Part shown: positions 40,107 to 51,795 of the stretch, one piece after another
Layout of the letters: each line of letters starts with the position of its first letter
Position numbering within the stretch: the first letter of the stretch is position 1
Source: Polyangiaceae bacterium
GTDB taxonomy: Bacteria; Myxococcota_A; Polyangia; Polyangiales; Polyangiaceae
DNA: 64,000 nt
Direction of reading: 5' to 3'
Assembly: GCA_035063585.1 (NCBI GenBank)
Contig: JAPSGB010000008.1
Span: 245,294 to 309,293, forward strand
The notes under the pieces: model-generated
Database searches by the model: none
What the model was told of the DNA's origin: nothing
Seen by the model: the letters and a program-made list of their open reading frames with translations, nothing else
Translations under genes and position numbers: made by a program

Positions 40107-41527
40107 CCCACGCGGGCGAGGCCATCCGCTCCACCGACGAGATCGCCTTCGGGGCCGTGCGGCTCGAGGAGCTCGTCGATCGCGCGGCGCTCACCGAGAT
40201 GCTCGAGAGCTTCCACGCGCTCTTCGAGGTGCCGATCCGCGTCTTCTCCGCCGAAGGGAAGCTGCTCGCCGAGGTGGCCCCTCCGCTCGAGATGTACACG
40301 TACCTCGGGCACTTCCGCCCCGCGCGCGAGGCCGTGCAGCAGGTCGTGCAGGCGGTGAAGCACCGGAGCCTCGAGGCGGGCGGCGAGGCGGCCGAGCGGT
40401 GCGTCACCGGCGCGCGCTACCGCGTCCTTTCCATCACCTACGACAGCCGTGAGCTCGGGCGCGCGATCCTCGGACCATTCGTGCCGGCGGAGCTCGCGCA
40501 GCCGCCCGAGGCGCTCGCCGCCCTCGATCCCGGCCTCGATCCGGTCGAGCTCGCGCGGCTCTTCGCCGCGATGCCGCACGCACGGGACGAGCGGATCGCC
40601 GCCGCGGCGCGGCACCTGCTCCGCACGCTCGATCTCATCCTGTTCAGCGGCCACAAGGCGCTCCTCACCAGCAACATGCACCTCGCCAGCGTTCGCGAGA
40701 GCTATCGGGAGCTCGAAGACAAGAACGCGAAGTTGCAGGAGGCCTTCGATCGCCTGAAGGAGCTCGACCGTCTGAAGAGCAATTTCCTCGCGACGGTCTC
40801 GCACGAGCTCCGCACCCCGCTCACCTCCATCATCGGGTACAGCGAGATGCTCTACGAGGGCATAGCGGGCGAGATGCCGAACGAGCAGCGGGAGTTCGTC
40901 GGAACCATCCGCGAGAAGGGTGAGCAGCTCCTCGAGCTCATCAAGGGGCTACTCGACCTGTCGAAGCTCGAGAGCGGCACCATGAGCCTCACCAAGGCGA
41001 ACCTCGACGTCGGCCCCATCGTCGCCGACGTCGCGCAGACGCTCACGCCGACCGCGCGGAAGAAGGGGGTGTCGCTCGCGGTGTCCGTCGACGAGGCGCT
41101 GCCCCGGCTCTGGGCCGACGCGGCGCGCCTCCGACAGGTGCTCCTCAACCTGACCGAGAACGCCATCAAGTTCACCCCGGCGGGCGGCGTGGTCACGCTC
41201 TCGGCGCGCGTCACCCTGATGAGCGCCGCGCGGGGAGACGACGACGGCGGCGGCATGGTCCTCTTGCAGAGCCGCCGCCCGGCGATCGAGCTCCGGGTCG
41301 CCGACACCGGGATCGGCATCCCTCCCGAGGAGCGCGGCCGCGTCTTCGACGCCTTCTACCAGGTCGACTCGAGCTCGACGCGCGAGGCGGGCGGCACCGG
41401 GCTCGGGCTCTCCATCGTGAAGCGCCTGGTCGAAGGCCACGACGGCACCGTCAGCATCACCGACAACCAGCCGAGGGGCGCGGTCTTCGTGGTGAGCATC
41501 CCCTGCCGCCGCGCGACGATTTCTTGA
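40103..41527 (+). CDS. Soluble sensor histidine kinase with PocR-like input domain
   Basis: PocR-like N-terminus (LEELVD...F..LF.VPIRVF...G, CVTG, ILGPF), H-box SHELRTPL, NAIKFT, DTGIGI and GTGLGL; no TM helix; ATGA overlap with the GTPase gene. Confidence 0.88.
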   Translation: MTHAGEAIRSTDEIAFGAVRLEELVDRAALTEMLESFHALFEVPIRVFSAEGKLLAEVAPPLEMYTYLGHFRPAREAVQQVVQAVKHRSLEAGGEAAERCVTGARYRVLSITYDSRELGRAILGPFVPAELAQPPEALAALDPGLDPVELARLFAAMPHARDERIAAAARHLLRTLDLILFSGHKALLTSNMHLASVRESYRELEDKNAKLQEAFDRLKELDRLKSNFLATVSHELRTPLTSIIGYSEMLYEGIAGEMPNEQREFVGTIREKGEQLLELIKGLLDLSKLESGTMSLTKANLDVGPIVADVAQTLTPTARKKGVSLAVSVDEALPRLWADAARLRQVLLNLTENAIKFTPAGGVVTLSARVTLMSAARGDDDGGGMVLLQSRRPAIELRVADTGIGIPPEERGRVFDAFYQVDSSSTREAGGTGLGLSIVKRLVEGHDGTVSITDNQPRGAVFVVSIPCRRATIS

Positions 41528-42516
41528 TGTCGGCGCGGCGCGAGGCCGGGGCGGCGCGACCCTTCCGCGAGGCGCAGGCGCTCGCCGCGCTCCAGGCGGT
41601 GCTCGGCCGCGCGCGCAGCTCGTGGATCGAGCTCGGCATCGGCGACGACGCGGCGATCCTCGCGCCGCGCGGGCGCCGCTTGGTGTGGACGATCGACGCC
41701 GCGGTCGAGGGAGTGCACTTCGAGCGGCGCTGGCTCACCCTCGCGGACGTCGGCTTCCGCTCGTTCAACGCCGCGGCGAGCGATCTCGCGGCGATGGGCG
41801 CTCGCCCGCTCGGGGCGCTCTCCGCGCTCGCGTTGCCCCCTGCCGCCTCGCTCCGCGACGTCGCGGCCATCGGGCGCGGGCAGGCCGAGGCCGCCCGCTC
41901 GCTCGGTTGCCCGGTCGTCGGAGGGAACCTCTCGCGCGCGAGCGAGCTCTCGGTGACGACCACCGTGCTCGGCGAGGCGACCGCGCCGCTCCGCCGCGCC
42001 GGCGCGCGCCCGGGCGACGAGCTCTGGCTGGTCGGCGAGGTGGGGCTCGCGCGCGCCGGGTTCGAGCTCCTGCGCGCGGGGCATCCGGCGCGCACGCGCG
42101 CGGCGCGCGCGTGCGTCGCGGCGTGGCGGCGGCCGCACGCGCTCCTCCGGCGCGGCGTCGCGCTCGCCGGACGGGCGCGCGCGTGCATCGACGTCTCGGA
42201 CGGCCTCGCCGGCGACGCCGCCCAGCTCGCGCAGGCGAGCGGGGTCCGCGTCATCATCGACGCCGGCGCGCTCCGCGCGGCGCTCTCGCCGGAGCTTGCC
42301 GCCGTCGCCGCCGCGCTCGGCGTCGAGCCGCTCGAGCTCGCGCTCGAGGGCGGAGAGGACTACGCGCTCCTCGCCGCGGGAGCGCGCCTGCGCCGGCCGA
42401 GCTTCGCGCGCGTGATTGGGCGAGTCACGCGCGGCCGCGGCGCGACGCTCGACGCCGGGCGAGGCGGCGCGCCGCGCTCGCTCGCCCGAGGCTTCGACCA
42501 CTTCGCGTCAGGGTGA
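41527..42516 (+). CDS. thiL: Thiamine-monophosphate kinase
   Basis: GIGDDAA, EGVHF, SDLAAMGA, DVSDGL, GGEDYAL and GFDHF. Confidence 0.95.
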   Translation: MSARREAGAARPFREAQALAALQAVLGRARSSWIELGIGDDAAILAPRGRRLVWTIDAAVEGVHFERRWLTLADVGFRSFNAAASDLAAMGARPLGALSALALPPAASLRDVAAIGRGQAEAARSLGCPVVGGNLSRASELSVTTTVLGEATAPLRRAGARPGDELWLVGEVGLARAGFELLRAGHPARTRAARACVAAWRRPHALLRRGVALAGRARACIDVSDGLAGDAAQLAQASGVRVIIDAGALRAALSPELAAVAAALGVEPLELALEGGEDYALLAAGARLRRPSFARVIGRVTRGRGATLDAGRGGAPRSLARGFDHFASG

Positions 42517-42542
42517 CGCGCCGATTCCGCGCCGCGCCGACC

Positions 42543-42971
42543 TCACCTGCAGGCGGCCGGCATGCCGGCGCCCTTCAGCGCTCCGGCCACCATCGCGACG
42601 ACGCTGCTCTTGTCCTTTCCGGCGGCCACGGCCGCGCTGCAGACCCCGGCGGCTTGCAGCATGTAGCCCTTGGTGACCGGGTCGGGGGCGCTCGCCGCGT
42701 TCTGGCTGAGCGCGTTGCAGCACGCCTGGAGGCTCGGCGCGGGCTTGTACGGCCCGGTCGCCTTCTTCGAGGCCTCTTCCTCGCCGGCGTCCACGATCGG
42801 CACCTCGGGCGCGAGCTCGAGCGGCGCGCTCGGCGTCTCGGCGGGCGCGGCTGACGGCAGCGGCGGCGGGGGCTCGTCCTTCTTGCAGCCGAGATAGGTC
42901 GTCCCGACGACCGGGATGAGGAGCCCGAGCGCCACGGGCGTCACGAGCGACCACTTTTGCGCTTTGTTCAT
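42543..42971 (-). CDS. Small Cys-containing lipoprotein (paralog A)
   Basis: Lipobox YLGC, Pro-rich linker, C-terminal domain CCNAL...AAGVC...PAACR; GGAGG ribosome-binding site. Confidence 0.75.
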   Translation of the reverse strand: MNKAQKWSLVTPVALGLLIPVVGTTYLGCKKDEPPPPLPSAAPAETPSAPLELAPEVPIVDAGEEEASKKATGPYKPAPSLQACCNALSQNAASAPDPVTKGYMLQAAGVCSAAVAAGKDKSSVVAMVAGALKGAGMPAACR

Positions 42972-43046
42972 CGATCCTCCGGCGCGGTGAAGTTCCGCGA
43001 TCTTACTATGTCAGACGTGCTCGAGCTCTCCACGATCTCCGGCGAC

Positions 43047-43490
43047 TCAGCAGCCACCCGGGATGGCCACCCCGGCGAGCTGCGCTCGGATGGTAGCCCG
43101 CGAGGCGGAGAACGACGATTTTCCGGCCTTGATGCTGGCAGCGATCCCCGCGCACACGCTCGAAGCCGACTTATAGCGGTTCTGTGACGGGCCGGATTGC
43201 TTCGCCTGGGCCGCGATGGCGTTGCAGCACCGCTGCGCCACCGCGTAGTCATTCGACGGGGCCGGCTTCTTGGCCTCTTGCGTCGCCGGGGCGGTGGGGA
43301 CGGGCGCTACTACGGAGGCCGCGGGCTCGGCAGGCGGCTCGGCGGGGGCCGGAGCGGGCTCCGGCGCCACCGGCGTGGCTGCGGCCGAGGCGCTCGGCGT
43401 GGGCTCGCTCGACTCGGCCTGCTTGCACCCGGTCGACGCGAGCAGCGAGGCGCACCCGAGCATCAACACTGAGAGGTAGTCATACCGCAT
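43047..43490 (-). CDS. Small Cys-containing lipoprotein (paralog B)
   Basis: Lipobox STGC, Pro/Ala linker, C-terminal domain CCNAI...ASSVC...PGGC. Confidence 0.75.
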   Translation of the reverse strand: MRYDYLSVLMLGCASLLASTGCKQAESSEPTPSASAAATPVAPEPAPAPAEPPAEPAASVVAPVPTAPATQEAKKPAPSNDYAVAQRCCNAIAAQAKQSGPSQNRYKSASSVCAGIAASIKAGKSSFSASRATIRAQLAGVAIPGGC

Positions 43491-43570
43491 CGGCACTCTT
43501 CTAGCCGACCCGCGTCGGAATTGCACAGCCGCGAGCGAGCAGAGGAGGCGCAGGCGGCGCTCGCTCGCGT

Positions 43571-43585
43571 TTGACACGTTGTCAA
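43571..43585. promoter_or_regulatory. Palindromic operator-like site TTGACA-CGT-TGTCAA
   Basis: Perfect 6-bp arms in an AT-richer intergenic patch, followed by two CGACAA repeats. Confidence 0.45.
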
Positions 43586-43666
43586 TCGGTGCGACAATTC
43601 GACAACGATGGGGCGCGGGCGGCGGCCGGGCGGACGCCGGCCGCCCGACCTCGCCGCGCGCGGCGG

Positions 43667-46930
<3,264 letters not shown>

Positions 46931-47232
46931 CCCTCTGACTCCTCCGCGGACCTACCGGCCCGGCTGCTCTCCCGGCGGCGGCGCCTGTCCGCCGCTCGCC
47001 GCTCCAAACTCGTGACCCTCGGGCCTTCCAGCCGCTCTGCATCAACCCAACGAGACGAAAGCTACCCGCCCGTCCCGATTCGACGCGAGGCGTCAAGCCC
47101 CGCGGCCGGACCGGATCCGGTGCCCCCATAAGCCGATGACGATGCCTCGCGCGCCTGTTCAGTGCTGGCTCACCGGGGAGCCGATACTGCAAGCGCGCGC
47201 AGGCGATGAATCTTCAGTAGATGAAGCAGATA

Positions 47233-47279
47233 CCCCAACCCATTGGGGCGCGGCAAGAAAAAACCACAAGGAATGGGTA
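47233..47279. promoter_or_regulatory. Tandem NrdR boxes
   Basis: CCCCAACCCATTGGGG (47233-47248) and CCACAAGGAATGGGTA (47264-47279) keep the C-W-A-N4-T-n-G core and start 31 bp apart, upstream of nrdJ. Confidence 0.7.
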
Positions 47280-47688
47280 AGCCAGCGATCACGCATGGGC
47301 TTTCCGTTCCCTGAACACAAGTACTCCCGAGCTTCTCCAGCGCGTTCCCCCTGCCTGAACACAGGACACCCACCGCTTGTCCACAGCGGGCGTCCACGAG
47401 CGAGCCGGGGCGGGTCGGTTACCGACCCTCGGCCAGGGTATGTCGGGCCGGCGCGGAACCCCGCGGGGCGGGCCGCGCACCGTGCGGCGCGGGCGGCGGA
47501 GCGCCCCGCCCCGAGCCCGCGCCGGACCGGCAAGGAAGCCTGGCGAGCGGTGGCTCGGCCGAGCGCGCCGGGGCGTGCCGCGGTCCGGCGCCCATCGTAC
47601 GGCCGCGCGCGCGCTCTGCCCCACGCGAGACGGGTTTCCGTGCACGCCGCACTTGCCCGCGCGGTGTCGGCCGTGCGAGCACTCGCGC

Positions 47689-48552
47689 ATGCGTAACGCC
47701 CTTCGTCCTTTGCTTTGTTCTCTCCCCTTGACTCTCGCGCTCGCCGTCGCCTGCGGCGGTGACGCGGAGCGCTCGCCGGGTACCGGCGGTGCAGGCGGCT
47801 CCGGTGGCGCGGCGACGGGCGGCAGCGCCGGGGCCACGGGCGGCAGCGCCGGGGCCACCGGCGGCAGCGCCGGGGCCACGGGCGGCAGCGCCGGGGCCAC
47901 GGGCGGCAGCGCCGGGGCGGACGCATCCACGGGCGGGACAGCAGGAAGCGATGCCGGGACGGACGCGCCCGCGGACGTCGGCCCCGACGCCGACCCGGCG
48001 TGCGCCACCACCCCTCGGGCGGCCACGATCAACGCACACCTCAAGATCACCGCGGACAACGAGTGCGAGGTGTTCGTGAACGGCACCAGCGTCGGCACCA
48101 CGAGTAGCTGGAACGTGGGCGTCACCATCGACGTGTCGTTGAACGTCCATCCGAGCCAGAAGAACGTGGTCGCGGTGCGGGGCACCAACACCTCGAGTCA
48201 GTCCGGCAACGACCGCGGCATCATCGGCGAGCTCACCATCGACGCGGCGGACGGGGGGACGGCCGCGCTGGTCTTGACGGACTCCTCGTGGAGGGCGTCG
48301 AAGACCTCGGCGACCGGTTGGAACGAGGTGGCGTTCGACGACTCGACCTGGATGGACGCCACTGAGGTCGCAAACCATGGGGATGGCCCCTGGGGGCCCG
48401 TCCTCACGACGACCGGCGCCAAGTGGATCTGGACCGGGCTCATCCCGGACGCGGTGAGCGACAAGCCGAACCTCGAGGACGCCTACGTGCGGCGCACGTT
48501 CTACTTCGACGTCACGGGCTCGGGCATCACGAGCCAGCCCGGCTGCCCGTGA
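47689..48552 (+). CDS. Lipoprotein with Gly-rich linker and jelly-roll, lectin-like domain
   Basis: Lipobox AVAC, TGGSAGA repeats, ITADN...FVNG, NVVAV, TDSSW, GPWG and AKWIW. Confidence 0.8.
   Translation: MRNALRPLLCSLPLTLALAVACGGDAERSPGTGGAGGSGGAATGGSAGATGGSAGATGGSAGATGGSAGATGGSAGADASTGGTAGSDAGTDAPADVGPDADPACATTPRAATINAHLKITADNECEVFVNGTSVGTTSSWNVGVTIDVSLNVHPSQKNVVAVRGTNTSSQSGNDRGIIGELTIDAADGGTAALVLTDSSWRASKTSATGWNEVAFDDSTWMDATEVANHGDGPWGPVLTTTGAKWIWTGLIPDAVSDKPNLEDAYVRRTFYFDVTGSGITSQPGCP
47815..47918 (+). repeat. 21-bp coding tandem repeat (about 5 units, TGGSAGA)
   Basis: Units of AC[G/C]GGCGGCAGCGCCGGGGCC. Confidence 0.9.
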
Positions 48553-48693
48553 GCCCTCCGAGTCGAGGGGCGTGAAGGTGGCGTCGGCGCGGGCGTGACC
48601 CGGACGCTCGCCGACCGCCGCTCGCTACGGGCGCAGGCCCGTGCCGACGCCAGGCGGTCGCCTCGATTTCGCCCGAAAGGGAGAAAATCCGGG

Positions 48694-49464
48694 TCAGAGC
48701 TTCACCACGCTGACGTTGTCGATGTCGACCCGCCCCGGGTAGTGGGCGGACAGCCAGACCAGGATGCGCTTGGCGTTGGCCGGCGCCGTCAGCTCCCACT
48801 CGAGCACCTTCCAGTCGAAGTCGTTCTCGGCCGCGCTCGCCGTCTTCGGGTTCTTCTCGTCGCCGAAGAAGGCGTCGTTGCCATCGACCCACTGCACCCC
48901 GATGAGGAACCACGCGGCGGGGCTCACGCTGTTGCCGGTCGAACGCACGCTGGCGCTGATGCGGTACTTCGCGCCGCCCTCGATGCTGTCGTAATCGCTG
49001 ACGCGCTGGACGGCGTAGCAGTCCCACTCACCCTTGGCGTCCATTGCCAGGGCGCTGCCGCCGCAGCCGGCTCGACCGGCGGTGATGAAGACGTGCTCGC
49101 TGGGCTGTCCGGAGCCCTTGCAGGCGTCCGGCTGACCCGGCGCGCGCACCTCCCAGCCGGTGGGCGCCAGGCCGCTCATGCCGTCCTCGAAGCTGCCGTG
49201 GGCGAGCAGGTTCTCGGCCGGCGCGCTGCACAGGCTCCCCAGCGCACCGCCGCTGCCGCCGCTCGAGCCAGCGCTGCCCCCGCTGCCGCCGCTCGCTTCG
49301 CCCGCGCCGCCGCTCGAGCTGCCACCCATCGCGCCGCCGCCGCCGCTCGAGCTTGCGCCCGCCGCCGCGCTGCCGCCGGGGCCACTCGCGTTGGAACCAA
49401 GCCCTGGGTGGTCGTCGCCGCACCCGGCGACCAAGAGCGCAAGGAGGCAGGCGGCCAGGCGCAT
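48694..49464 (-). CDS. Lipoprotein with CBM4/9-like galactose-binding-fold domain
   Basis: Lipobox VAGC, Gly/Ser linker, ENLLAHGSFE...GW, GAKYRISASVR and IDNVSV. Confidence 0.8.
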   Translation of the reverse strand: MRLAACLLALLVAGCGDDHPGLGSNASGPGGSAAAGASSSGGGGAMGGSSSGGAGEASGGSGGSAGSSGGSGGALGSLCSAPAENLLAHGSFEDGMSGLAPTGWEVRAPGQPDACKGSGQPSEHVFITAGRAGCGGSALAMDAKGEWDCYAVQRVSDYDSIEGGAKYRISASVRSTGNSVSPAAWFLIGVQWVDGNDAFFGDEKNPKTASAAENDFDWKVLEWELTAPANAKRILVWLSAHYPGRVDIDNVSVVKL

Positions 49465-49529
49465 GCCAGGCACTATAGCTCTAGTGCGCCCAGCTCGGCG
49501 CGCCCCGTCGCGACGCTCTCGAGGAGGAG

Positions 49530-49844
49530 CGGGGCGGACTTCTGCCAGACGTACGGGTTCCGGTCGTCGCTTCAGGCGGTGATGTGCTCGTCGTTGGTCT
49601 CGCTGAGCTCGCGGACGCGGGCGAAGGCTCCTCGCCGGCTCGCCTTGTCCGTGAGGCCCCCGAACCGGCGCTCGACGAGAGCGAGCCATGACGACGAGGT
49701 CGGGATGAAGTGGAAGCGGACGCGGGGATGGCGACGAAGCCAGCGCGGGCCGGCCGGATGCGCGAGCGCGCGGTGATCGTCCAAGAGCACGCGCAGGTCG
49801 AGCTGCTGCGGGGTCTCGTCCTCCACGTCCTCGATCTTCTGCAC
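49530..49844 (-). pseudogene. Degenerate IS630-family transposase fragment
   Basis: LDLRVLLDD...WLRRHPRVRFHFIPTSSSWLALVERRF...RRGAF, then an internal TGA at 49572, after which the same frame reads SDDRNPYVWQKSA (family PKPFVWTK-like). No N-terminal half or terminal repeats seen. Confidence 0.85.
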
Positions 49845-50018
49845 GAACGGCTGGTCGCCGCTGAGCTCGAACGTTCGAGTCCGGTGGGGCTAGGGCCCGT
49901 TGGCTCACCGCCGCGAGCGCCGCCCCATGCCCGCGGGCGATGCGTCTCAGCCGCGAGCCGGCGAGGGTTGCCGAGCGGCGCCGCTCCGCGCATCCTTCGT
50001 GGAGCGCGGGAGGCGGGC

Positions 50019-51650
50019 ATGAGAGCTCTTCTAGGCCTCGTCACGATAGCGACGCTCACGCTCACGCTCACGAGCGCGTGCTCGGGCGAGGATGGTTCGG
50101 GCACGGCGGGCCCCGGCGCGGGCGGCGCGGCGAGCGGCGGCGCGGGCGGCTCCGGCTGGGGCGGAAGCTCCGAGTGGCCGGACGCGGGCAGCGACTCGGG
50201 ATGGCCTGGCACCGGCGGCGCGGCCGGTGGCGGAGGAAGCGGCGGAAGCGGTGGCCTCACTCCCCTCGACTGCGACCCACGCTTCAAGGTGGCCGACCCG
50301 GCGACGGTGGGCCTGCCCTTCGACGTCACGGTGACCGACAGCTCACCCTACGTCTACGTGGATCTGGAGGTGAGCGGCCCAGGCTCGCCCGCGACGGCGT
50401 GGGACGGCGTCGCCGGGAGCGGTCCGTGGAGCTGGACCTGGAAGGTGAGCGGGCACGGCGCGGGTGTGCTCGACCTCACCTTCAAGAAGGACAAGAACGG
50501 CAACGCGGGGACGACGGTCGCCACGTGCCAGCTCCACTCGATCGGTGCGGGCGGAACCACCGGGGGTGGTGGTGGCGGCGGCGGGACTGGTGCGACCGGA
50601 GGCTCGAGCGGGACCGGCGGGGCGACCAGCGGTCCGCCGCCGGCGAATCGCTACGGCATGGGCCTCGTCAACCAGGGGGACGCCACGGACGTCGAGCTCA
50701 CTTCGAAGCTCGCCGGCCCCGGCGGCTGGTACCTCGTAATCTTCGCCGACGTCACCCCGAACCGTACCAGCGCTGACGCGAGCTGGAAGGCCAGCATCCA
50801 GGAGGCGTACGCCAAGGATCTGATCCCCGTGATCCGTATGGCGCCGCCGTGGGGCGACCGGCGGGTACGCAACATGGGGGAGAGCCCGACCGCCTACAAG
50901 CAGCTCGCGCAGGCCTACAAGGCCGTGCTCCAGGACCTGCCGAAGCGCGCGGATTGGCCGCTCTACGTGCAGGTGCACAACGAACCCAACTTGTGCGACG
51001 AGTGGCAGTGCGACGCCGCGGCCGGCACGCTGAGCGACAGGACCATGGCGAGCGAGTACGCGCACCTGTTGAGCGACGTAGCCGACGCGCTGCACTCGAT
51101 CGGCGACCCTCGGATCAAGGTCTTGAACGGCGCGCTGGCTCCGGGCGGCGCCGCCTGGTGTCAGTGCGGCACCAGCAATTTTGCCGCCGGCACGCTGTCT
51201 GCGACCTTCCTGACCTACATGAACGAAGCCGTGCCCGGAGTGTTCGACGAGATCGACGCCTTTGCGAGCCACTCGTATCCGGCGAAGGGAGAAGGCTGGG
51301 GTTTCTTCGTCGCCTACGCCGAGGCTGCGACCGGCTTGAAGTACTTCGAGAGAGAGCTCGCCGCCATCGGCAAGGGCAGCATGAAGGTCGTCATCACCGA
51401 GACCGGCTGGCCGACGAACGGGGACGGTCAGACCTGGAGCCGCGATCAAGTGGGCGACTTTACCGTCGACGCGCTCGAGAACGTCTGGCTCACGCACCCG
51501 AACATCATCGGCGTGACGCCGTTCATCCTGCGCGATGCCGGCACCTGGGACAAGTTCGCCTGGGCCAGCCCGGACGGTTCACCCTACCCGGTCTACACCA
51601 AGGTGCGCGCCCACCGCTGCGCCCAGGCCGGCGCCAAGAACTGCGACTAG
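50019..51650 (+). CDS. Clan GH-A glycoside hydrolase lipoprotein (GH5/GH39-like)
   Basis: Lipobox TSAC, Ig-like segment, HNEPN (acid/base), SHSYP and ITETGW (nucleophile); GGAGG ribosome-binding site. Confidence 0.82.
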   Translation: MRALLGLVTIATLTLTLTSACSGEDGSGTAGPGAGGAASGGAGGSGWGGSSEWPDAGSDSGWPGTGGAAGGGGSGGSGGLTPLDCDPRFKVADPATVGLPFDVTVTDSSPYVYVDLEVSGPGSPATAWDGVAGSGPWSWTWKVSGHGAGVLDLTFKKDKNGNAGTTVATCQLHSIGAGGTTGGGGGGGGTGATGGSSGTGGATSGPPPANRYGMGLVNQGDATDVELTSKLAGPGGWYLVIFADVTPNRTSADASWKASIQEAYAKDLIPVIRMAPPWGDRRVRNMGESPTAYKQLAQAYKAVLQDLPKRADWPLYVQVHNEPNLCDEWQCDAAAGTLSDRTMASEYAHLLSDVADALHSIGDPRIKVLNGALAPGGAAWCQCGTSNFAAGTLSATFLTYMNEAVPGVFDEIDAFASHSYPAKGEGWGFFVAYAEAATGLKYFERELAAIGKGSMKVVITETGWPTNGDGQTWSRDQVGDFTVDALENVWLTHPNIIGVTPFILRDAGTWDKFAWASPDGSPYPVYTKVRAHRCAQAGAKNCD

Positions 51651-51734
51651 ATGGCGGGCGCCGCGACTCCGCGGCATCGAACGGCCGCGAGGGCCCGGGC
51701 GAGCGGAGCGCGCGCCCCGACGGCCGGCGGCTCA

Positions 51735-51758
51735 CGCGCCGCCGGCCGCGCCGGACCG
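51735..51758 (+). repeat. Dispersed repeat copy (24-mer) between convergent genes
   Basis: Identical 24-mer, with inverted partner CGGCCGGCGG at 51721-51730. Confidence 0.75.
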
Positions 51759-51795
51759 ACCTCGATGGCTCGGGCCTGGCGCGCGGGCGTTCTGC

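Noticed and set aside
46931..47230. Cobalamin riboswitch upstream of nrdJ (also checked before ecm)
   Set aside because: The conserved B12-box elements were not recognisable by eye, and ecm has almost no leader. An Rfam scan would settle it.
47815..47918. Tandem repeats here, at about 19020-19095 and at 63880-64000 as CRISPR arrays
   Set aside because: They have no unique spacers, unit lengths are multiples of three within Gly-rich coding linkers, and no cas genes are present.
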